A stretch of 64,000 nt of DNA, from NCBI GenBank assembly GCA_918797485.1, contig CAKKNE010000006.1:2232001-2296000 (forward strand), given 5' to 3'. The position numbers and the translations under genes are program-made. The notes under the pieces were generated by a model. That model was not told the DNA's origin, made no database searches, and saw only the letters and a list, made by a program, of their open reading frames with translations. Below are positions 49,897 through 58,380 of this stretch, in pieces (within the stretch, counting starts at the first letter, position 1; each line of letters begins with the position of its first letter). This DNA comes from Pelagomonas calceolata (Eukaryota).

Positions 49897-50266
49897 CGCG
49901 GCGACGGCCTCTGGGTTGCTAGAGTGCGTGCAGCTGGTGAGTGCAGCTCTAGTGTGCTAAGAGCGCTGATCGCGGCGGCGGCGTCTGGGTGCGTAGATTG
50001 TGCAGCAGTGCTCAAGTGAGCAGTGTGCAGAGTGTGGCGCCTTACGGATGCGCACGATTAGAGATGTGGATGTAAGGACAATCGGGATGCAGTACAGAGG
50101 ACACGCACTGCTCACCTCCAGCTGTGGCGTGCGTTTGCCCTTTGCCAAAGCCCTGCATCGCAGCAAAGAGGGCTTGAGCGGCGCGGCTCTTTACTTGCCC
50201 GGGATCGGTCACGCCGTCTGTTGGAAGGCTCTGAACGTCGTTCGACGCGTTTCGCGCCACTGAGGA

Positions 50267-50290
50267 GCTAGCGGCTGTAACACACTTAGC
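50267..50290. promoter_or_regulatory. CTAG-pair upstream element
   Basis: GCTAGCGGCTGTAACACACTTAGC between divergent genes. Confidence 0.6.
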
Positions 50291-50463
50291 AAGCGCTCAG
50301 TTTTTGCGTTTGTGCTGCGTACGGCCCACTTGACGCGGTGTTGACATACACAACGCTGCTGCGAGCGCAAGTCGGTCATCAAGCCGCGAGAGAGGCGAAA
50401 TCTTGGCGTGAAACGGCGCAGCGGGTGATATTTTAACGCTATTCTCAAAGTAACTGTTAGACG

Positions 50464-51894
50464 ATGCCGCGGAGCGCCAGACACACGATGGGCGGCCGGG
50501 AAGTCCTCGACGCGAAGACGATGCTGGACCTGCTCGAGGGCTCGGCCTCCGACGGCGGGCCCACGGTCACCATCGACGTGGACGTGTTCAAGGACAACTT
50601 CGGCGCGCCGCCGCCGCGGCGGAGCAGCGTCTCGGGGGGCCGGCGGTCGAGCTCGAGCGGCGCCTCGCGCCGCCGCGAGACGGCGGACCCGGCGCAGCTC
50701 AAGGAGCTGCTCCAGGCGTGCCTACTCGAGGGCAACGACGCGGCGGCGGCCGCGAGCCCGACGAGCCAGCCGCCGCGGCCCGCGCCGCGCCGGAGCCCGC
50801 GCTTCGCCAAGCCGCGGAGGCGGATGACGTGCGACCCGCGCCTGCTGAACCGCCTCGTCATGGAGCACTCGGGCGAGATCCCGACGATCCCCGAGGAGAC
50901 GAGCGCCACGGAGTCGCTCACGTCGAACCCGTACCGCGGCCGCGTCCGTCGTAGGTGCCTTCCGACCGATTGGCGCAACGGTAGCGCGTCAGATTCCAGT
51001 CCTGAAGGTTACGCGTTCGAATCGCGTATCGGTCACTGCCAGCTCGTCGATGCGCGCTGCCGACGGTCCACCCACAGGCTCACGAGCAATCTGACGAGCA
51101 ACCCGGCGACGAGCAACCTCACGAGCGGCGTCAGCAACCTCACGTCGGGCACGGGGCTCGAGTCCTTCGAGGAGAGCCGCGCGGCGGCGGCGCACGAAGA
51201 TCCACAAGAGAACGAGGACGACGACGACGACGAGGACGACGTGAGCTACGCGCGGCCCGTCGCGGCGCGTTCGTCAATTGCGTGGACCTTCGACGAGACG
51301 CGCGCGACGATGCAGGAGCTGCGGCGCCAGCTGCAGATCGAGAAGGAGGTGTCGCGCGACGCCGAGCGCGAGCGCGACGAGCTCGCGCGCGAGTTGAGTG
51401 GAATGCGCGCGGAGCAGGCCGCTAGAAGCGAGGTGCAGCAGGCGCTCGAGGCGCAGCGCGACGCGGCGGCGGCGCGCGCGTCGTCGGCCGAGGGCCGCGC
51501 GACGCGCGCGGACGCGGCGCTCGGCCGGCAGTCCCAGGAGTTCGCGGCCATCGACGCGGACCTCGCGGCGCGGGAACGGGAGATTGAACAAAGCGCCGAG
51601 CGCGTGAAACTCGAGGCCGACGCGCGCGTCGCCGCGGCCGAGCGCGACAAGGCCGAGGCCGAGGCCGAGCTCCTCGCGTTGAGGGACGAGGCGGCGGCTT
51701 TACGGGCGCGCGTGGCGCAGCTCGAGAAGGTCAAGATCACGTCGGGCCTCGCGGCGAAGATCCAGAAGGTCGTTCAGGAGCGCGACGAGTTATTGGCGGC
51801 GGCGCGCAAGGGCGGCCGGTTCAACGACGAGAACGCGGCGCCGTTCGGCGCCGAGGACCTCTCCCAGGCCGGCGGCGAGTGCCGCCAGTCCTAG
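50464..51894 (+). CDS. Coiled-coil protein with LTSN repeats; intron 50931..51077 hosts tRNA-Trp
   Basis: After removing 147 nt the repeat reads ESLTSNP-LTSN-LTSNP-ATSN-LTSG; C-terminal CRQS (CaaX-like). Confidence 0.7.
   Translation: MPRSARHTMGGREVLDAKTMLDLLEGSASDGGPTVTIDVDVFKDNFGAPPPRRSSVSGGRRSSSSGASRRRETADPAQLKELLQACLLEGNDAAAAASPTSQPPRPAPRRSPRFAKPRRRMTCDPRLLNRLVMEHSGEIPTIPEETSATESLTSNPYRGRVRRRCLPTDWRNGSASDSSPEGYAFESRIGHCQLVDARCRRSTHRLTSNLTSNPATSNLTSGVSNLTSGTGLESFEESRAAAAHEDPQENEDDDDDEDDVSYARPVAARSSIAWTFDETRATMQELRRQLQIEKEVSRDAERERDELARELSGMRAEQAARSEVQQALEAQRDAAAARASSAEGRATRADAALGRQSQEFAAIDADLAAREREIEQSAERVKLEADARVAAAERDKAEAEAELLALRDEAAALRARVAQLEKVKITSGLAAKIQKVVQERDELLAAARKGGRFNDENAAPFGAEDLSQAGGECRQS
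50931..51077 (+). mobile_element. tRNA-carrying intron element, copy 3 (147 nt)
   Basis: GTACCGCGGCCGCGTC...tRNA...GCCGACGGTCCACCCACAG; interrupts the codon CC|G. Confidence 0.75.
50964..51035 (+). tRNA. trnW: tRNA-Trp (CCA)
   Basis: GACCGATTGGCGCAACGGTAGCGCGTCAGATTCCAGTCCTGAAGGTTACGCGTTCGAATCGCGTATCGGTCA. Confidence 0.95.
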
Positions 51895-51925
51895 GTGACC
51901 TCCCCCGCGTAACGACCAAGCGTTA

Positions 51926-52810
51926 CTACTCCTCAGGCTTACGCCTACTCCTTGACGCGCGCGCCGCCGCGTCGACGGCGTCGAGCCGCGCTTGCAATTC
52001 GGGATTTTTGGTGCCATCACGGTAGGCCATCCGGGCCTTGCCCGCGGACAGGGGCAAATCCACAGAAGGCGACCGGGCCACATGCTCACAATGTACGGTA
52101 GCCGGCGAAACACCGGTCAGCCCGACGCGCTGGGCGATGGACCCGTCGTAGGCGCGCGCCGGCGGGTGGCGCGTGACCGCTTTCTGTGGATTTTCCACTG
52201 TGTCGCACGCCGAGAACTCCAAAAAAGCGGTCGGAGACACGGGCCGGTCGTGATTAGGTACCAAGGCCGACGGCGGCGTGACGCCCCGCTTCGTCCCGGA
52301 CGGCGTCGCGTAGCCTCCCCGAAACACGCGCAGGTCCAAGGTACCGCCCTGGATAACTGTACCGGGGCCCTTCGCGACTTCATAATGAGATTTGGGGGGT
52401 GCAAACCTCCCGAGCGGGCCCCGTAACATGCGTGCGAGCTTCCGCTTCGTCGCCCGATCTTCCGGAGAGAACTGGGGTCTTGGTAATTCTGGGCTCGCCA
52501 TTGATTTCATTATCAATGCAGGTGGCACTTGTTCGTTCTTTGGCGGCGACGCGGCGACGTAGGCGTCCCGCAGCGGGCTATGTTGCGAGTCCTTGCCGGA
52601 GCACTCTGATCTATAAGCCTCGACCAAAGGGTGCTCCAATTCATTACTGCCCCGTCCATAGCTCGCGTCGAGCGCCGGTAATAGGTGGCCGTCCTTGACC
52701 TCCGCGCTTCTTACCCTTCCATCGTCGCTCTCCGACGGTAACGAGAGCGACGTCTGGGGCGAGAGGACCGGCGGGTCGCTCGCGTAGCGCGGGCGGCGCG
52801 GCGCCGGCAT
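51926..52810 (-). CDS. Hypothetical protein
   Basis: 294-aa ORF with ATG preceded by an A-rich context. Confidence 0.55.
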   Translation of the reverse strand: MPAPRRPRYASDPPVLSPQTSLSLPSESDDGRVRSAEVKDGHLLPALDASYGRGSNELEHPLVEAYRSECSGKDSQHSPLRDAYVAASPPKNEQVPPALIMKSMASPELPRPQFSPEDRATKRKLARMLRGPLGRFAPPKSHYEVAKGPGTVIQGGTLDLRVFRGGYATPSGTKRGVTPPSALVPNHDRPVSPTAFLEFSACDTVENPQKAVTRHPPARAYDGSIAQRVGLTGVSPATVHCEHVARSPSVDLPLSAGKARMAYRDGTKNPELQARLDAVDAAARASRSRRKPEE

Positions 52811-53209
52811 TTGTTTTTTGTCGTTTCCGGCTGCCCCTCCCTCGTTTTACGCTGCCCGACCGGCGCAGGTGCTGAATACGTTACTTGCGAAGTGTTCTTG
52901 CGCTACGGAGACGCCGTGCGCGGCTACAATGGCACGGAGAGCGGCTTGGCGCTGCGTTCGCGGAGGCCCCGGGTTTTGCGACGCCGTCTACACTTTACCA
53001 CTCCTAGGGCAACACCTCTGCGCTCACTACTCTTCACGCGACCTTTGTTTGGAGCTCGGCGGCCCAAGGAGAGCTAAGCAAGCGGACAGGCGAGCAATTT
53101 GCTGCTTGACGTACGCGCGAAAACGCAGACGCAGCACTGCTCTCGCACGCTCACATCATCTCAAAAGCACCGCATTACTGCACCGCGAAAAGCGCCGCAC
53201 CGCTAACAC

Positions 53210-54433
53210 ATGGCATCCACCACAAAAGACAAGCTCACCGCCGCCGCCGCGGGCGCGGCCATAGCGCTCGTCGTCAGCCGCTACCTCAAAAAGCAAGCAC
53301 CGTATGATGCATCCCATGATGAAGTGAGAGCCATCGTCCGACCGAACATTAGGAAATTGGAGCCGTACCGGTGCGCGCGCGACGACTACGAGGAGGGCGT
53401 TTTGCTCGACGCGAATGAAAATGCCTACGGTGCGTGCGTGAAAAGCGACGAAGCCTTGGTGAAGGCGGCGCTGAAATTTGATTTACATAGATACCCCTGC
53501 CCGCATCAACGTACTGTCAAAGATCGCGTCGCGGCGTTCCGAGGTGTGAAGCGCGACAACGTGTTTGTCGGTGTGGGATCAGACGAGGCCATCGATTTGC
53601 TGTTCCGAGTGTTCTGCGAGCCGCGGACGGCGAATGTGGTCGTGACGCCGGCGACCTATGGCATGTACAAGGTGTGTGCGGCAACGCAAGATGTGGAAGT
53701 TCGAAGTGCCAATCTGCTGCCCGAGTCGTTTGACGTGGACGTCGACGCTGTGGAACGAGCTGTCGATGCGAACACGCGGTTAGTGTTCCTCTGCAGTCCG
53801 GGCAATCCGACCGCGAGACAAGTGCCTCGGAAAACGGTAGAAAGATTACTGGCTTCGCCCAAGCTACAACGAACAATAGTGGTCGTAGACGAGGCCTACG
53901 TGGACTTCGCGCCGGAGCCGTCGACCGCACCCTTGGTGAAGACGTACCCTCGGTTAGTTGTATTACATACGCTGTCCAAAGCCTTTGGCTTAGCTGGTGT
54001 AAGGTGCGGCACGGCGATCGGGTCTCCCGCTACCATACACTACATGAACGCCGTCAAGGCGCCCTACTCCATCAACAAGATGACGTCGTGTCTGGCCGCG
54101 GAGGCCCTGTCGTCTCCATCACTGGCGGCGTTGAAAGCTGTGGTAAAGGATACGCTGCGGGAGCGCGAGCGACTCGCGGCGCGGCTCGCTTCCTTACCGT
54201 ACGTGTGCACCGTGTTTCCGTCGGACGCGAACTTTTTGTTGGTGCGCCTGAAGCAGCACGACAAGGCGAAGCCGCTGTACACGAAGCTGGCCGAGAGCGG
54301 CGTCGTCGTGCGGTACCGAGGCGACCAGGCGAATTTATCCGGGTGCATCCGCGTGACCGTGGGGACGCCGAGCGACAGCGACGCGCTGCTGAAGCTGCTG
54401 GGCGAGGTCGCGCCGTCGTTCGGTTTGATCTAA
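53210..54433 (+). CDS. hisC: Histidinol-phosphate aminotransferase
   Basis: PYRCARDD, LLDANEN, GVGSDEAID, CSPGNPT, VDEAYVDF, TLSKAFGLAGVRCG. Confidence 0.96.
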   Translation: MASTTKDKLTAAAAGAAIALVVSRYLKKQAPYDASHDEVRAIVRPNIRKLEPYRCARDDYEEGVLLDANENAYGACVKSDEALVKAALKFDLHRYPCPHQRTVKDRVAAFRGVKRDNVFVGVGSDEAIDLLFRVFCEPRTANVVVTPATYGMYKVCAATQDVEVRSANLLPESFDVDVDAVERAVDANTRLVFLCSPGNPTARQVPRKTVERLLASPKLQRTIVVVDEAYVDFAPEPSTAPLVKTYPRLVVLHTLSKAFGLAGVRCGTAIGSPATIHYMNAVKAPYSINKMTSCLAAEALSSPSLAALKAVVKDTLRERERLAARLASLPYVCTVFPSDANFLLVRLKQHDKAKPLYTKLAESGVVVRYRGDQANLSGCIRVTVGTPSDSDALLKLLGEVAPSFGLI

Positions 54434-54557
54434 GATATCATGAGTTAACTTAGAACGAGGTAGTCTAGGACGGCCACGTCACGAGGTGCAGAGCGGGAGG
54501 GCGTCGCGGTTCGGCCGCGAACGAGGTCCCGCCCCGCGGCATGCAGAGGGAGATCAG

Positions 54558-56090
54558 TCAGAAGGGCCACGTCGCGAGGCAGAGTAATAGAAAGGCGATT
54601 TTGGATTGTTCGAGGCATAGCATCAAGACGGCGAGGCACCACAGGATTCGAGGCACGTGATTCACCGGCCGCGGCTTCTCCCGCCAGCGCACCAAACAAA
54701 GCACGGTATGTTCCATGTCGTGCGGGCTGTCTCCACTTTCCAAGGCAATACCTAATGAATCCTCCCTCTCCGAACAACGGCGGCCGATCGCGACCCCATC
54801 GTTCAAGCCAGACGGCACGAGCAGGTCGCCGCAGCGCACGGGCCCGCGGCACCGCACGGGCACCTGGCCCAGGAATGCGCACGTCGCGCCCGAACTATTT
54901 GCACAGGGCACGCCGGCGGCCAGAGATGGAGAGGTGGAAGTGACGAGGCACGGGCCCGATCCGCGCGTGTCCAGGGTCAATTTTCGGGCAGCGAGCCGCA
55001 CGACCGTGCCCGGCGGTGTCACGCAACCATTCCTAGACTGCAGAATATCAGACCAGGGAAACCACTCCCCATAATCGGCGGCGCCGGGCGGCGTGACCAG
55101 CGTCCCGTGGATCCTCCCCGAAACGTAGATGGACCCCAAAAAGCGCACGTCGTCGGCCACGACGTGTTCCCCACGATGTGGAGACAGCGGCCTCTGTTGA
55201 AGGGGGGGCGACGGGCCGCCCACGCTGCCGGCGGACGACGCCCAGCCGCCCGAGGAAGAACCAGAAGCCATACCAGCTTGCAGCCAACGAGGAGACTCCT
55301 CTACATCACTTCCAGTAACACCGGTGGCGGAGGAGCCCGCGTCACTGCCAGCATCGTCCTCGTCCGAGCCCTTGGCCTTGTGGCGCTTGCGCGACTTGCG
55401 CGTCGCCACTGCTTGCTGGGGCGCGTGGGCCTCCTTCCATATTTGTACCAAGCTGCACTGGGCGTTTCTATCCGCAGCAGCGGGGCCGTCCGGGAGTCTC
55501 CTCTGGACCAAGGTGTACTGCCTCCCTCGATAGCCGTGGACCTGTCCCGCGCTCTCGCCCGACCTATACCTCCGCGCCATCGGCCGCGCACACACGCCAT
55601 TCGCTGGTGAAAGCGGGTCCCACCAGCACTCGCCGTTCAGCGGCGACTGGAAGGCGACGGACACCGTGTTTGTGTTAGGTGGTCCCACGACGGGCGGCGC
55701 GCGTTCTCTGGAAACAAAAAAGGCGTCGTGGTCTTGAGCGAAGGCGGCGAAGGGGCTCGCTCGAGGTCGCACCGACACGGAAGCAGGAAAGGGCTCCTGG
55801 TCCGACCGCGAGAGGCGTCTTAGTACAGCATAGACGCCCTCCAGCGTCGCGACCTCGCCCTGTTGGAGGCGCCTGACAGCATCAGCCTCGGCCGCTTGTT
55901 CTGAAGCGGTCTGTTCCAGTGGAGGCGGCGGCGGGTTCGACGGCTGCGCCGCGGCCACGGCCTCGAAGGCGTCGGCCTTGACCTCCTCGTCAAAAACGCC
56001 GCCGCCCGTCGCGAAGAGGGAGTCCTCGAGCTGCCGGCCGTCGCCCGTGTCCTCGAAGCCGCTGCCGAAGTCGGTCCACTGGTCCGCCAT
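54558..56090 (-). CDS. Protein with NLS, Peptidase_G2/intramolecular-chaperone-like domain and C-terminal TM
   Basis: RKSRKRHK; ADYGEWFPW...PGTVV...AFLGQVPVRCRGPVRCGDLLVPSGLNDG; hydrophobic C-terminus. Confidence 0.6.
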   Translation of the reverse strand: MADQWTDFGSGFEDTGDGRQLEDSLFATGGGVFDEEVKADAFEAVAAAQPSNPPPPPLEQTASEQAAEADAVRRLQQGEVATLEGVYAVLRRLSRSDQEPFPASVSVRPRASPFAAFAQDHDAFFVSRERAPPVVGPPNTNTVSVAFQSPLNGECWWDPLSPANGVCARPMARRYRSGESAGQVHGYRGRQYTLVQRRLPDGPAAADRNAQCSLVQIWKEAHAPQQAVATRKSRKRHKAKGSDEDDAGSDAGSSATGVTGSDVEESPRWLQAGMASGSSSGGWASSAGSVGGPSPPLQQRPLSPHRGEHVVADDVRFLGSIYVSGRIHGTLVTPPGAADYGEWFPWSDILQSRNGCVTPPGTVVRLAARKLTLDTRGSGPCLVTSTSPSLAAGVPCANSSGATCAFLGQVPVRCRGPVRCGDLLVPSGLNDGVAIGRRCSEREDSLGIALESGDSPHDMEHTVLCLVRWREKPRPVNHVPRILWCLAVLMLCLEQSKIAFLLLCLATWPF

Positions 56091-56663
56091 TTGCCGCTGC
56101 TCGTGTTGGTCGTGGGCTTAGTGTTCTCCGCAGTGGGGTTGGGCAGTTGTTCTCCGCTGATTGCCGCCGCGGAGGCCCTGCTGCTCTCACAGGGCTGCTT
56201 GTGGCCCCCGGCGCCAGCTGCTGGGCAGCCCGCAGGCGCGCGGCGCGATTCCTGTGGATGATGTGGAGCCACCGACGGTGTCGATTGGCCTCTGACGAGA
56301 TTTTACGCCTTGCGAATTTGACGTGATCTGCAGGACAACAGGAGCAGGAGCAGTGCCTGAGGCGTTTGGCATCTGCACGTGCCATTTCAGAGGCAATCCA
56401 TTGGCAAGAGACGGGTGCGTGTGGGGGGTTCGAGTCCTAGGACGGGTTCTTCTCGTTTGAGTCTAGTGTGTATCATCTAATAAGGCATGGTTAAAGCCCC
56501 AACGTTGAATGTGCCGCCTAGCCTGCGTAGGCATCGCTACGCGATCTTAATAGACGTCCTGGTCACAATTGAACGGCCCGTCATCGCTTCGGCGCGCTCG
56601 CTGACTGCATCGCTCGGTGCCACTCACGCTGCTTGCTGCAGCAGCCTGCCAGTCGCCGCATCG

Positions 56664-57248
56664 ATGCGGCGCGCCGTCTTCTCCGTAGCTGCAGCAGCAC
56701 ACTCGGCGCTCTCCATCAATGTGCCACGAGCCAAGGGCGGCGCACAAGTAGTTGGGCCGAAAATAGCGCAGCAGTTGGAAGCGCAGCTCGGCTACTGCCC
56801 GCTCAACGCCCTCGACGTCGTGACGACGACGGACGACGCGCCAGCCGTCGTGATCGCCCATCCGCTCCTGCACCGCAAAAAGAAAGTGGAGCCCTTCCCG
56901 ACGACCTACTGGCTGGCGCACGGCGACATCGCAGCAGCCGTAGCGACGGTGGAGCGAGACGGCGGCGTGAGCGCAGCGGGGGCCGCGGTCGATAGTGACG
57001 CGATGGCGAGGGCGCACGCGGCCTACGCGGCGGACCGCTGGGCTTTGCTAGACGATGAGGAACGCGCGTTCGTCCAGGACCGCGGCTGGGACTCGTTGAG
57101 GACCGTGGGCGTCGCGGGCATCCGCGACGGCGGCACGAAGTGCTTGCATGCACATTATGCGCACTTCCTCGCGACGCGCGCGAACCCGGTCGGCGAGTGG
57201 GTCCACGAGCGGCTCCCCGAGGCCATCCGGGCGCTCTGTCCAGACTAA
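56664..57248 (+). CDS. DUF501-family protein
   Basis: AQLGYCP, EPFPTTYWL, GVAGI...KCLHAHYAHFLA..NPVG. Confidence 0.85.
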   Translation: MRRAVFSVAAAAHSALSINVPRAKGGAQVVGPKIAQQLEAQLGYCPLNALDVVTTTDDAPAVVIAHPLLHRKKKVEPFPTTYWLAHGDIAAAVATVERDGGVSAAGAAVDSDAMARAHAAYAADRWALLDDEERAFVQDRGWDSLRTVGVAGIRDGGTKCLHAHYAHFLATRANPVGEWVHERLPEAIRALCPD

Positions 57249-57262
57249 TCTGTGAATTGTTA

Positions 57263-57784
57263 CTACCGCCGCTCCCAGTTCTCTCCAGGCTCCGGCACCG
57301 ACGCGAGCGCGCGAATCGTCGCCGCGAGCGCAATCAACCTAGCTTCGACGGCGGGCCACGGGTTTCTGAGGAGAAACAGCACGGGCAGGCGGAACAACCG
57401 CCCGCCCGCCGCGAGCGCGGACGCCGCGAACGGCTCCCGGACTTCCGCCCGCTGCAAGTGGCCGAGGGCAACTGAATAAGCATCCCGGGCGCCGTTCAGG
57501 TCACTTTTGGTCGCCAGCTGCTCGGCTACCTCTATATATTTGCGAGCATCCCGCAGACTCCACTCGTCAAAAAGGTGCGCCGCGAGCCACACAAAACTGA
57601 GCCACACCATGGTCAGCTTCGTCGTGTCCCACAGGAAACGGAGAATGGCATAAAAGCGGTCCCTATACACCTCGCCGCGCGTCGGCTCGTACTCCCAGTC
57701 GTCACTAGAGTCGCTCTGGAAGCTCCGGCGGCGCTGCGAGCCCGCGGAGCCGCTGCTCGTCGTGGGCTTGCGGCGGCGCGGCAT
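57263..57784 (-). CDS. Hypothetical membrane protein
   Basis: 173-aa ORF with one TM helix. Confidence 0.5.
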   Translation of the reverse strand: MPRRRKPTTSSGSAGSQRRRSFQSDSSDDWEYEPTRGEVYRDRFYAILRFLWDTTKLTMVWLSFVWLAAHLFDEWSLRDARKYIEVAEQLATKSDLNGARDAYSVALGHLQRAEVREPFAASALAAGGRLFRLPVLFLLRNPWPAVEARLIALAATIRALASVPEPGENWERR

Positions 57785-58380
57785 TTTTTGTGGTTTTGCG
57801 GTAACGGAGGCGCTGCGGCAGCGTTCCTCGCGTGCACCGCCGCCCGATGTCGATGGCGACGCGCACGCGGGAGAGCGCTCGTCGGCGAGCGCGGCTGGAG
57901 TGAAGCAGTGAGTGGCTGTGCACTCTCAGTGCGCGCAGCGTCCGGAAAGACCTCGCGCGATCGATTGCGGCGTTCTAACGCTGTCACAAGCGTATAACGA
58001 ATACGTCGTAAAGCTGCCGCGCGCTGGGTTATGCGCTGCTGCAGTCTGCTGCACTGAGAGCAAAGTCAATCGAGCGCTGGGCTGATCCGCCCGAATGAAC
58101 TCGTCTACAGAACGGAGGGGTGATAACATGGCGTTTTATCGGCTCGAAAGGGAGAGCGGATAAAACCCGCACTCTCAGAGATCAGTCGAGCGCGGCGGCG
58201 GTCCCAGCTCGTATATACGCGCCCGCTGACCCCAGAAGGCTAGCGCTCGCGGACACAGCCACCTGCCAGTGCTGCGCGGCGAGCGAGCCAGCTCTTTCTG
58301 CGCGCGCGCGCCGCCAAGAGCCAGGAGAGCCAAAAGGCGTAATTTAAACCCAGCGCTGCGCCGCCGCCGCAACAAAACAA

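Noticed and set aside
4930..50290. CTAG-pair repeats as a CRISPR array or REP elements
   Set aside because: Copies are dispersed singly, kilobases apart and degenerate, with no spacers and no cas genes, in a eukaryotic context.
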